DNA of 32,000 bases from Bacillus subtilis subsp. subtilis str. 168 (GTDB lineage Bacteria > Bacillota > Bacilli > Bacillales > Bacillaceae). The position numbers were made by a program, and so were the translations under genes. A model generated the notes under the pieces. It did no database searches, had not been told where the DNA came from, and saw only the letters and a list, made by a program, of their open reading frames with translations. Location of the stretch: positions 3,960,001 to 3,992,000 of the forward strand of contig NC_000964.3 of NCBI RefSeq assembly GCF_000009045.1, given 5' to 3'. Within the stretch, counting starts at the first letter, position 1. Each line of letters starts with the position of its first letter. This document shows positions 1 to 8,720 of this stretch, one piece after another.

Positions 1-173
1 TCTGTCTGATAATGATGGGCTTTTGACAATTCTTCAGCAGCGTCTTGAAGCTTTTTCCGCGCTTCTTCTGCGTCACCGCTTTTCGCAGCGGCAATGGCCT
101 CCATTGCGGAGCTCCTACCGTTTCCTCCGTGAAGGATGATTTGAAAAATGATTTGTTCCATTTCCTCATTCAC
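1..173 (-). CDS. licA: PTS lichenan/cellobiose-family EIIA component, N-terminal part only (the gene runs off the left edge)
   Basis: The minus-strand frame reads (V)[56 protein letters not shown], which looks like a lactose/cellobiose EIIA N-terminus. An SD-like AAAGGAAGTGA (189-179) places GGAAG 8 nt before the GTG at 173. In-frame alternative starts are GTG 182 and ATG 161. The gene directly follows the licC stop (192-194). It is not in the ORF track because it is truncated. Confidence 0.85.
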   Translation of the reverse strand, partial: MNEEMEQIIFQIILHGGNGRSSAMEAIAAAKSGDAEEARKKLQDAAEELSKAHHYQT

Positions 174-191
174 GCGATTCACTTCCTTTCT

Positions 192-1550
192 CTACAGAGC
201 CGCTTCTTTGTCATCTGTTGCTGCAGGCGTTTGGACCAGCTCCAGATCGTTTTCTTCTTTCAGCTTCTGCTTATCCCACATTCTGAAGAATGGATAGTAG
301 ACAACAAAGGACACGGCAATATTAATGGCTTGCATGACCGCGCCTGAGACTTTTCCTCCTGTCGCCAAGTAGCCTGAAAAGATCGGCGGCATGGTCCACG
401 GCACTGCGATACCCGCCGGTTTGGCGACAAGGCCGGTGCTCATTCCGATGTACGTGAGTGTCACTGTGACAAGCGGCGTGATGATAAACGGAAGTAAGAG
501 CATTGGGTTCATGACGATCGGCATTCCGAATATAATCGGTTCGTTAATATTGAAGATGGCCGGGCCGACCGCAAGCTTCCCGAGCTGCTTCATTTGTTTG
601 CTTCGGGCGCGCAGGAACATCGTGACAACCAGTGCCAATGTGGCGCCGCTTCCGCCAATATTGACCCAGATATCGAAAAATTGCTGGGTGAAAATCTTAG
701 GAAGCTCCTCACCGGCTTGGAATGCGATCCGGTTGGCATCCATTGCGCCGTACCAAATCGGTGCCATGACGCCGCCAACAATGTTTGCACCGTGAAGGCC
801 GCAGGCCCATAAAAGCATTTTGACGGCTTCGGCGACAAGGCTTCCTCCAAGGCTTCCTCCCAGAATGGAAAGCGGAGTCCCCAATAAAACGCTTACAATA
901 TTATGAAGGCTTTCAAACGGTGTCGCTTCAACAATCAGCCGGGCTGCCCAAATTAGGAAGATGACGGCAAAGCCGGGGATTAACGCGACAAATGACTTGC
1001 TTACCGCCGGCGGGACACCGTCCGGCATTTTGAAGACTAAATTGCGCTGGATAATAAGGCGGTAAATCTCTGTGGACACCATTGCGATAATCATGGCGAC
1101 AAATAAGCCTTTGCTTCCCATGAGCGAAAGCGGAATCCCGCCGCCAACCATGATTTCTTTCGTCGCGCCATCCGGCATAAACGGCACTTGATAAGGTGTT
1201 GCTAATAAAAATGCCGCAAGGGAAATGGCTCCGGCCGACAAGGCATCAACACCGTATTTCTCGGCGAGCCGGTAGGCAATGCCGAACGCGGCGACAAGAC
1301 CCATAATTTCAAAGGTCGCGTCGACTGGGTAGGCCAGTTTTTCAGACCAGGAGCTGCCAAACGTTTTTGCCATAAACTCAGCGTATCCCGGGATCGGGAG
1401 GTTGCCAATGATGAGGAAAAAGGAACCGATGATAATCAGGGGCATCGTGAGGATGATACCATCACGCAGCGCCTGCAAATGACGCTGTCCCGCAATTCTT
1501 CCCGCTATAGGCATGACCTTTTCTTCTAAGATCTGATTGACTTTATTCAC
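192..1550 (-). CDS. licC: PTS lichenan/cellobiose-family EIIC permease (452 aa)
   Basis: This is a 452-aa polytopic membrane ORF lying between the EIIB and EIIA genes. The first codon is GTG at 1550. An ATG 2 nt upstream is out of frame and hits TGA immediately. An SD GAGAGGGG lies about 8 nt upstream. Confidence 0.95.
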   Translation of the reverse strand: MNKVNQILEEKVMPIAGRIAGQRHLQALRDGIILTMPLIIIGSFFLIIGNLPIPGYAEFMAKTFGSSWSEKLAYPVDATFEIMGLVAAFGIAYRLAEKYGVDALSAGAISLAAFLLATPYQVPFMPDGATKEIMVGGGIPLSLMGSKGLFVAMIIAMVSTEIYRLIIQRNLVFKMPDGVPPAVSKSFVALIPGFAVIFLIWAARLIVEATPFESLHNIVSVLLGTPLSILGGSLGGSLVAEAVKMLLWACGLHGANIVGGVMAPIWYGAMDANRIAFQAGEELPKIFTQQFFDIWVNIGGSGATLALVVTMFLRARSKQMKQLGKLAVGPAIFNINEPIIFGMPIVMNPMLLLPFIITPLVTVTLTYIGMSTGLVAKPAGIAVPWTMPPIFSGYLATGGKVSGAVMQAINIAVSFVVYYPFFRMWDKQKLKEENDLELVQTPAATDDKEAAL

Positions 1551-1565
1551 ATAGCCCGCCCCTCT

Positions 1566-1874
1566 CTATGACACATGTCCAAGCTGTTCAGCTGATTTCA
1601 GCACTTCCGCCCCATTGCACGTTCCATAATGGACGGTATTAATGACGTCTACCGGAACCCCCTTTGACTCTCCTAATTTTTTGAGCTGCGGAAGCATGTA
1701 ACGGACTTGCGGACCGAGAAGCAATACATCCGCTTTATCGATATGATTTTGTACAGAATCGCCTGAAACTGCCCAAATGGTATAGTCTTTTCCCTGTTCC
1801 TGCGCACTTTTTTCCATCTTGCTCACCAGTAAGCTAGTAGACATGCCTGCTGCACAAACGAGTAATATATTCAT
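1566..1874 (-). CDS. licB: PTS lichenan/cellobiose-family EIIB component (102 aa)
   Basis: The N-terminus [16 protein letters not shown] carries the phospho-accepting Cys context of cellobiose-type EIIB. An SD AGGGGG lies 8 nt before the ATG at 1874. Confidence 0.95.
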
Positions 1875-1927
1875 GTAAAAGACCCCCTAGAGTTTGATCA
1901 ATTTTGTAATGTCCTGCTGTTGCTATC

Positions 1928-1956
1928 ATCATATTATGAAATCGCTTTCATAAACA
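1928..1956 (-). promoter_or_regulatory. Candidate sigma-A promoter of licBCA(H), with a weak -35 typical of activator-dependent promoters
   Basis: The minus strand reads TGTTTA (1956-1951), a 17-nt spacer, then TATGAT (1933-1928). This lies about 55 nt upstream of the licB ATG. Confidence 0.5.
1937..1950 (-). promoter_or_regulatory. Catabolite-responsive element (cre, CcpA operator) inside the licB promoter spacer
   Basis: The minus strand reads TGAAAGCGATTTCA. It matches the cre consensus TGWAANCGNTNWCA at every specified position. Confidence 0.7.
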
Positions 1957-1963
1957 CTCAGGG

Positions 1964-1986
1964 TTTTTCCGCAGGCAACGGAAAAA
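1964..1986 (-). promoter_or_regulatory. Dyad symmetry element upstream of the licB promoter, a candidate LicR activator target
   Basis: TTTTTCCG (1964-1971) and CGGAAAAA (1979-1986) are perfect inverted repeats separated by 7 nt. On the transcribed strand the element is not followed by a U-tract, so it is unlikely to be the licR terminator. Confidence 0.4.
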
Positions 1987-2002
1987 AGGTATATACAGGC
2001 TG

Positions 2003-3928
2003 TCAGCTCAGCATTTTTTGGTCAAACACATCCGAAAGCTCTTGATATGAACGGCATTTGATCAGCTGGTTCATCGCCGCCGGGTCATCCAAAATGCTGC
2101 CAAGCAGTTTATACATGCTTTGTAAATCCGCTTTGTTCTCCTTTTCGACACAAAGCAGACAGACAAATTGAACTCGCTGACTCTCCCAATCGATCGGTTT
2201 TTTGAGCGTACAAACGGCCCAAAACGTTGTTTTCGTCTGCGGAACAAGCGGGTGCGGGATGGCAACAAGATTGCCAAAACACGTTGGCGACATGTCTTCT
2301 CTTTCAAAAATGGAATCTATGATTTCTTCATCGGCAAAGCCGCATTCGACCACTTTCTGCCCTAAAAATTGAATCACTTCTTCTTTTGAGCGCAGATCCT
2401 CCTGAAAAAAAACGAGTTCTTTTTTTAGGTAGCGATTGGCTTTTTCCTTTTCATCACTCAGAATAGATTCTATTTTTGTAAAGTCAGTTCCGCCTAAGAT
2501 GGTGTTAACCTTCAGTACTGGTACAGGGAGCTCTTTTTTAATCGGAATGGTGCTGATGACAAAATCAATTGATTCGTAGGACATTTGATCAAGACTATAA
2601 TACTCAGCCGTTCCAAGAATATCGAGCCGCTTGCCGAAATGGGAACGCAGTTTTTCGCGCAGAAGCTGGGCGCTTCCGGCTCCCGATGCGCATACAATGA
2701 TACAGCGTTTCGGCGGGCTTTCTGTTTTTTTTCGTTCAATCGCGGCGCCAAAGTGGAGAGCCAAATATCCAATTTCGTTTTCATGAATCTCAATACCCGT
2801 TTGTTCCTTTATCACGATTCCGGCAATGATCCCGGCTTCAAAAGCGAGTGGATAATGTTCCTTGATCGCTGCCAGCATCGGATTTCGAAGATTCATGCCG
2901 TATCGGTTGCGGCTGATCGCCGGCTTCATATGCAGTGCCAAGCCGATTTTCAGCTCTTTGTCATGCAGGATGCCAAGCTTCAGTTCACGATCAACAGCTT
3001 TGATCATGGCAAGTGTCAGCTGATCGGTTTCCTCTTCTATTGAAAATGTGTCCTCTCCGCATTGTGATTGTGTCATTCGTTTTGTGCCAAGGAGATGCAT
3101 GGTGATGTAGGCCGTCTCGTCTTTCGGAAACGTAACGGAAAGCTTTGATTCCAGCTCTTTTACGATGGCTTCTGCAGCCTGGTACTCCTTTTGATGCAGG
3201 ATATGATCCATATCTTTCGGGAAAAGAGAAACATAGTTTTCCGTTCTGATCCGTTTACAGGCGATAGCGATATGGATAATGAGGTTATTCAGTCCCATGT
3301 TGGACAGAGGGATGCGGTCGTTTTTCATTTTTTTCAAGATGGCGGAACGGATGATCTCAATTTCTTCTTTTGGCAAAATATCAGCCTTTTCATTTAAAAC
3401 ATCTATCTCCGTTTCTCTTTCATCAACAATGTACTCCGCCATGCAGTACCTCATCTGCACCTCGTCCCCGCGCAGCTTGAAGCCGTAATTCGGACGTGTT
3501 TCCATGACGATGCGGTAAGGCAGCAGACGTTTCTTTACTTCCTTTAAATCCGTTTGGAGTGTAGATTTTGAGATAAATAGTTCTTCAGCAAGTTCATCGA
3601 GCTTGAGATAATGGTCCGCCAGCAGCAGACGTTTCATAAGATAGGCCATTCTCTCCTCCGGCAATACCGGCAGGCCCTTTTTTTGCTGAAATTCATCTTG
3701 CAGCAGTGTTCTGAATACTTGCTCGTCATCAATGCGGAGCTTGTAGCCGGAGCCTCTTACAGATTGTACAAAGGCACCGTGGCCGCTTAGCACACCTTGA
3801 AGTTCCTTTATATCATTGCGGACTGTCCGCGTCGTTACGTTTAATTGCGCGGCAAAAAACGAACTTGTCACCGGGGCTTCAGCCGCCATCAGCAAGCGCA
3901 GAATATCACGTAGTCGCCCATGAAGCAT
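2003..3928 (-). CDS. licR: PRD-containing PTS-regulated transcriptional activator (641 aa)
   Basis: The N-terminal winged-helix/HTH segment is DILRLLMAAEAPVTSSFFAAQLNVTTRTVRNDIKEL. The central region is PRD-like. An EIIB-like segment has Cys (CIIVCASGAGSAQLL) and a C-terminal EIIA-like segment has His (GNLVAIPHP). An SD AGGAGG lies 8 nt before the ATG at 3928. Confidence 0.95.
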   Translation of the reverse strand: MLHGRLRDILRLLMAAEAPVTSSFFAAQLNVTTRTVRNDIKELQGVLSGHGAFVQSVRGSGYKLRIDDEQVFRTLLQDEFQQKKGLPVLPEERMAYLMKRLLLADHYLKLDELAEELFISKSTLQTDLKEVKKRLLPYRIVMETRPNYGFKLRGDEVQMRYCMAEYIVDERETEIDVLNEKADILPKEEIEIIRSAILKKMKNDRIPLSNMGLNNLIIHIAIACKRIRTENYVSLFPKDMDHILHQKEYQAAEAIVKELESKLSVTFPKDETAYITMHLLGTKRMTQSQCGEDTFSIEEETDQLTLAMIKAVDRELKLGILHDKELKIGLALHMKPAISRNRYGMNLRNPMLAAIKEHYPLAFEAGIIAGIVIKEQTGIEIHENEIGYLALHFGAAIERKKTESPPKRCIIVCASGAGSAQLLREKLRSHFGKRLDILGTAEYYSLDQMSYESIDFVISTIPIKKELPVPVLKVNTILGGTDFTKIESILSDEKEKANRYLKKELVFFQEDLRSKEEVIQFLGQKVVECGFADEEIIDSIFEREDMSPTCFGNLVAIPHPLVPQTKTTFWAVCTLKKPIDWESQRVQFVCLLCVEKENKADLQSMYKLLGSILDDPAAMNQLIKCRSYQELSDVFDQKMLS

Positions 3929-4009
3929 GAGAAAAACCTCCTAACTAGTAGATGCAGGGATTCAGTGAATAGGCAGAAAGGATGATGAAGGGATGCGAAA
4001 TGTATATAA

Positions 4010-4038
4010 ATTCTATAATGGAGAGAATGGCAAGTCAA
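4010..4038 (-). promoter_or_regulatory. Candidate sigma-A promoter of licR
   Basis: The minus strand reads TTGACT (4038-4033), a 17-nt spacer, then TAGAAT (4015-4010). This lies about 80 nt upstream of the licR ATG. Confidence 0.5.
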
Positions 4039-4073
4039 TGAACATCCGGAGGACTAGAGGGAAAACTGACCTA

Positions 4074-4102
4074 TAAAAAAACAGCCGGGATCAGCCGGCT
4101 GT
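4074..4102 (-). terminator. Intrinsic terminator of the yxlJ-yxzF unit
   Basis: The minus-strand RNA forms ACAGCCGG-CUGAUC-CCGGCUGU (8-bp stem) followed by seven U residues. The yxzF stop codon (4091-4093) sits in the loop. Confidence 0.75.
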
Positions 4103-4276
4103 TCTAGATGCGGACATATTCTTTTGTTTAGACGCCTTGCGGTCCTTCATGATTTTTCGAACAATCGGGTAAATGACCGGCGCCCATTTGATAACGGTTT
4201 TGATCATCTTTTTCAAAGCTCCGATTCTCCCTTCTTTTTTCTCAACCATTCCCCTGATTGCCTCTTCCTTAAACAT
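4091..4276 (-). CDS. yxzF: Small, very basic hypothetical protein (61 aa)
   Basis: The ORF reads [61 protein letters not shown]. Its ATG at 4276 lies 1 nt after the yxlJ stop (TAGCATG). No independent homology could be assessed. Confidence 0.55.
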
Positions 4277-4277
4277 G

Positions 4278-4868
4278 CTAACGCGACACGTACCTGTTTC
4301 CCGTCACCCAGAAACGCCATGGATAATCGCGTGCCTCCCCGCTGTTGTCAATGCCGATGCGCGGGCCGGTTGAAATTGCTTCCGGTGTGTACCCGCTTTC
4401 GATGTAAAGCGGCTGTTCCGTGATCCAGCGTCCGTAGTCATTCATCGTGACGCCAAGCGCTTTCGTCAGCTTTCCTGGTCCGTTTGTCCATTCCCTCGGA
4501 CTCCTGCCCGGCCTTCTCTCCTCCATTAACAGCTGGCCTTCATGCGGCTCAATCGCCCTGATTAATACTGCTTGCGGGACATCCTCTTCCGCCGCAACGA
4601 CATTCAGCAATGTATGGGTGTGCATCACGTATGTATATACCCGCCCAGCTTCTGCAAACATGATCTCAGTCCGCTTCGTCCGGCGGTTGTTAAAGCTGTG
4701 GGCCGCTCTGTCTCCAGCCCCCATATAGGCCTCTGTTTCCACAATATAGCCTGACGCTGTGCCTTCGTCTGTTTCTTTTACAAGAAGGCAGCCCAGAAGC
4801 GATGGGGCAAGCTCAAGAGCGGTTTTTTGATAAAACGTGATGGGCAGCGGATTTTTTTCTCTCGTCAC
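4278..4868 (-). CDS. yxlJ: 3-methyladenine (alkylpurine) DNA glycosylase, AAG/MPG family (196 aa)
   Basis: The sequence shows AAG-family features ([44 protein letters not shown]). I moved the start from ORF-track 4910 to the GTG at 4868, which is preceded by SD AAGGAGAGG 7 nt upstream. The longer form has no SD. Confidence 0.88.
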
Positions 4869-4937
4869 GAATCGACCTCTCCTTTTACCGATTTTTGTAC
4901 ATTGTACCATTCCCGAAGCAGATCAAAAAAAACGGCT

Positions 4938-4967
4938 GTTTTAAAATCTTTCCATTCAGGGAATATT
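4938..4967 (+). promoter_or_regulatory. katX promoter with overlapping SigB-type and SigF-type recognition elements
   Basis: GTTTTA (4938-4943), 15 nt, then GGGAAT (4959-4964) fits the SigB pattern GTTTAA-N12-15-GGGWAW. The same -10 block, GGGAATATT, fits the forespore SigF -10 pattern GGnnAnAnT. Confidence 0.55.
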
Positions 4968-4996
4968 GTTACCGTTCAAAAAAGGAGGGCCAACCA

Positions 4997-6640
4997 TTGA
5001 AAGATGATCATCAAAACAAGCAGCACCAATCAAATGCCCAAGGGAGCGAGGAAGCGTTTTCTCATAAGACATCCGGGAAAAACGAGTCAGAGGATACCTT
5101 AACGAATAGGCAGGGGCATCCTGTTACTGACAACCAGAATGTGAGAACCGTCGGGAATAGAGGGCCTACAACACTTGAGAACTATGATTTTCTCGAAAAG
5201 ATCAGCCACTTCGACCGGGAACGCATCCCAGAGCGGGTTGTTCATGCCAGGGGAGCAGGTGCACATGGATATTTTGAAGCGTACGGAAGCTTCGGAGACG
5301 AACCGATTTCAACATACACAAGGGCCAAGCTCTTTCAGGAAAAAGGCAAGAAAACACCGGCATTTGTCCGTTTTTCAACTGTGAATCATGGAAAACACTC
5401 GCCTGAAACATTGAGAGACCCGCGCGGTTTTGCTGTAAAGCTATATACAGAAGACGGAAACTGGGATTTGGTCGGAAACAACCTGAAAATCTTTTTTATC
5501 CGCGACCCGCTGAAATTTCCGGATCTTGTACACGCATTTCAGCCTGATCCAGTGACAAACATCCAGGATGGTGAACGTATCTTCGATTTCATTTCTCAAT
5601 CTCCTGAAGCGACACACATGATCACCTTCTTGTTTTCGCCTTGGGGCATTCCGGCCAACTACCGGCAAATGCAGGGTTCAGGCGTACATGCCTATAAATG
5701 GGTGAATGAGGAGGGCAAGGCCGTTCTCGTGAAATACCATTTTGAACCGAAGCAGGGCATCCGCAACCTGACACAGAAGGAAGCAGAAGAGATTCAAGGG
5801 AAAAACTTTAACCATGCCACACAGGATCTATATGACGCGATTGAAAATGGCGATTATCCAGAGTGGGAAGTATATGCTCAAATCATGAGCGATGATGAGC
5901 ATCCTGAACTGGACTTTGATCCTCTTGATCCAACAAAACTGTGGTATAAAGACGATTTCCCATGGAAACCGATCGGCAAATTGGTTCTGAACAAAAATCC
6001 GGAAAACTACCATGCGGAAGTGGAGCAAGCTTCATTTGGAACGGGAGTGCTTGTCGACGGGCTTGATTTTTCAGACGACAAATTGCTCCAGGGGCGTACG
6101 TTTGCCTACTCTGATACGCAGCGCTACCGTGTAGGCGCAAATTACCTGCAGCTTCCGATCAACTCGCCGAAAAAGCATGTCGCCACCAACCAGGAAGGCG
6201 GGCAAATGCAATATCGGGTCGATAGAGCAGAAGGACAAAACCCGCACGTCAACTACGAGCCATCCATTATGGGCGGGCTGAAGGAAGCGAAGCAAGACGG
6301 AAAAGACCATACGCCGCATGTCGAAGGTGATGTAAAGCGTGAAGCGATTGACAGAACAAACAACTTCGGACAGGCTGGAGAAACGTACCGGAGATTTACT
6401 GAATTTGAGCGGAACGAATTGATTACGAATTTGGTGAATACGCTTTCTACGTGCCGAAAAGAAATTCAGGATCAAATGATTGAGAATTTCACAAAAGCTG
6501 ATCCTGACTACGGAAAACGCGTAGCAGAAGGGCTAAAAAAGGTCTCCGAAAACAACAGCAACGGGCCGATCGGCACAACTGAAACGGAACAGGCTGCAAA
6601 GCAGGCTGAACAGGAGAGTCATCCGTCTGATCCGTATTAA
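4997..6640 (+). CDS. katX: Monofunctional heme catalase (547 aa)
   Basis: The catalase active-site region [23 protein letters not shown] and the proximal heme-ligand motif [12 protein letters not shown] are present. I moved the start from 4895 to the TTG at 4997, preceded by AAAGGAGGG with 7-nt spacing. Confidence 0.95.
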
Positions 6641-6650
6641 CAACAGCGAA

Positions 6651-6679
6651 CAGGGCTTTTTTAGAAGCCCTGTTTTTTT
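6651..6679 (+). terminator. katX intrinsic terminator
   Basis: CAGGGCTT (6651-6658) pairs with AAGCCCTG (6665-6672) across a 6-nt loop. A T7 run follows (6673-6679). Confidence 0.85.
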
Positions 6680-6744
6680 ATTTTTCTATTGAAACGCTTT
6701 CAATAATTGTGTTGTACTTGGAAGGAAAGGGGTGGAGAGATACG

Positions 6745-7947
6745 ATGGAATTACAGCAGGACTTGATTCCTCAGAAAAAAACAATCGGCGCTTTAGATCA
6801 CGCCGTTTTTTTATGCATGGTATTTTGTTTCTGGTTTTCAGGCTATATTTACGTTCCTGTATTCAGTCTGTATTTGGAGGATCTGCACTTTTCATATGGC
6901 GCAATCGGCATCATTCTCGGCAGCTACGGGGTCACGCAAATCCTTCTGCGATTCCCGCTCGGCCTTTTGTCAGACATCCTGTTTTCCTTGCGCAAGCAAT
7001 TGTTAATTGCCGGGTTCGGCTTTTCCGTCCTCAGCAGCCTGCTTTTTCTGATGTTTGATTCTTTCTTCTTCGTGCTGGCCGCCCGGCTTTTCGCGGGAAT
7101 CACTGCTTCTACGTGGGTGATGGCGACCATTTTATACGCACATTATTTCAACAATGGCAATGCATCAAAAGCAATGGGCATCATGCAGTTTTTTACCGTC
7201 ATGCCTCAGTTTGCCAGCATTGTGTTCTGCGGGCTCGCCGCAGCCCATTTAGGGAGGCAGGTTCCTTTTTGGATGGCGCTGGCAGCTTCTGCCGCAGGTC
7301 TGGTGATCTGCTGCTTTATTCAGGATCCGTCTGCTCCTCCCGCAAACCGTGGCACCATTCGTGTCAATCAGTACATCAAAGATACATTGCGGCTGCCAAA
7401 GCTGAAGCTTTTCACCATCCTGTCTATGACGGCCCATGCCGTATTATTTATCACAGTGTTTGGTTTTACGCCGCTTTACATGAATCAGCTCGGAATGGGC
7501 GACGCGGAGCTGCTTTGGGTGATGAGCGCCTTTTTCCTCCCACACGCAGCCGCCACATTAAGCTTTGTGTTTCTGCGCTTTACAAGCCGTATCGCTTACT
7601 CCGTGATGCTCATTAGTTTCGCTGTCACCGGGGTCTGTTTGCTATATGTTCCTTTTTTAGCTGCATTGTTCACGGTTTGCATCACACACGCCTGTATTGG
7701 GCTGGCGCTCGGCTTCGTTTTTCCTCTGCTGCTAAGCCATGTCGTCGAAATCAGTTCTGCCCGTTTAAAAATGTCAGTGATGGGGTTTTACCAATCATTT
7801 TATGCGCTAGGCATCTTCCTCGGGCCCCTTCTTGCCGGAAAAATCGCACAGCTTATCGGGCTTGCGGGAGTTTTTTATGGAGCCGGTTCTCTGGCATTTG
7901 CCGCCTTTTTTGTGATGCTCGCGCAAAAACGTAACATGATCAATTAA
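6745..7947 (+). CDS. yxlH: Major facilitator superfamily transporter (400 aa)
   Basis: The protein is hydrophobic with about 12 predicted helices and MFS-like loop motifs (LGLLSDI). I moved the start from 6709 to the ATG at 6745, downstream of GGAAAGGGGTGGAGAG. Confidence 0.85.
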
Positions 7948-8720
7948 TAGCTTTCATACCGCCGGAAGCGCCACACAGAAAACACGGCCAGAAGCATGAT
8001 GCACAGAATGGAGAAAGTGAGTGACCATCCGAAAAAATCTGCCCGCTCTCCATGAAGAAGGATATGCTCCGCCTGCTTGCAAATCTCAGCCGGAAGCCAC
8101 TTCGCACCATCTGGAAATAGTGAAACAGCAAAGGAAACGGCTGCTGTGAGCCCGATCCCGCAAGCCGCAGCTGCTCCGACAGACCGGAATATCGTACTTC
8201 CGGCAAGGCCGGCGGTCACAATAAATATCACCCAAAGAGCGTAAAGGCCAAGGCTTGCGGCAAAGCGGCTGAATGATGCGTCCTCAAACAGCAGCCGGAC
8301 GTAATAGTAAGCAAGCCCGTATCCAGCTGCAAACGACATAATGCCGATCACGCTTTGGATGAGCCATTTACTCACGATATAATGGGCTGCCGTCACAGGC
8401 CGCGACATAATCAGCGCTGTTACCCCTTGATTTCTTTCATTGGCTACACTGCCCATCACGCTAAAGATGACCAGAGCCATGCCAAGCGTGTTGAATTGAG
8501 AAAGCGTGCTGACCATCACTTCAGACCCGGAGGGCATCGTAAAACTGATTTTCATGCCGTCAGGAAGGTTCCCTCCATGTGCGATGATTTCCGGCATATA
8601 ATAAATGGTCAGCGGCTGTGTCAGCCCGACGATCATCATCGCAATCGGCAGCCAAATCAGCTTGCCGCTTTTCCATCCTTCCAGCCACTCCTTCTGCAAT
8701 AGCGCCATCATCACCTTCAT
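7944..8720 (-). CDS. yxlG: ABC-2 type transporter permease (258 aa), last gene of the sigY operon
   Basis: This is a 6-helix-type membrane ORF. Its ATG overlaps the yxlF stop (ATGA at 8717-8720). Its stop codon (7944-7946) overlaps the yxlH stop on the other strand. Confidence 0.85.

Noticed and set aside
391-795. A 134-aa plus-strand ORF, with neighbours 45-347, 594-812 and 590-850, lying inside and antisense to licC/licA.
   Set aside because: It is fully embedded in a strongly supported PTS EIIC gene and has no SD. Its composition is an Ala/Pro/Gly/Ser-rich mirror frame typical of antisense reading of membrane-protein genes.
1964-1986. Reading the dyad downstream of licR as the licR intrinsic terminator.
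   Set aside because: On the transcribed minus strand the hairpin is followed by AAACCCTGAG and not by a U-tract. Its position just upstream of the licB -35 fits an activator site better.
4895-4996. Upstream extensions implied by the ORF track: katX from 4895, yxlJ to 4910, yxlH from 6709, yxlD to 10020, yxlA from 11045, cydB to 17918, cydA to 19239, yxkI from 21197, yxkD to 28784 and yxkC from 29160.
   Set aside because: In each case an internal ATG, GTG or TTG has a properly spaced Shine-Dalgarno sequence, while the longest-ORF start has none. Several extensions would also overlap the upstream gene or a promoter. The shorter forms also match the protein lengths I recall for the B. subtilis orthologues.
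6071-6475. A 134-aa minus-strand ORF, plus several 66-85-aa ORFs, antisense to katX.
   Set aside because: The catalase frame is unambiguous from its active-site and heme-ligand motifs. The antisense ORFs lack SD sequences and any recognisable motif.
7113-7616. A 167-aa same-strand alternative-frame ORF inside yxlH, plus 6732-7058 and 7677-7934.
   Set aside because: These are Arg/Ser/Cys/His-rich off-frame translations of a hydrophobic MFS gene. There is no start context, and the MFS frame explains the region.
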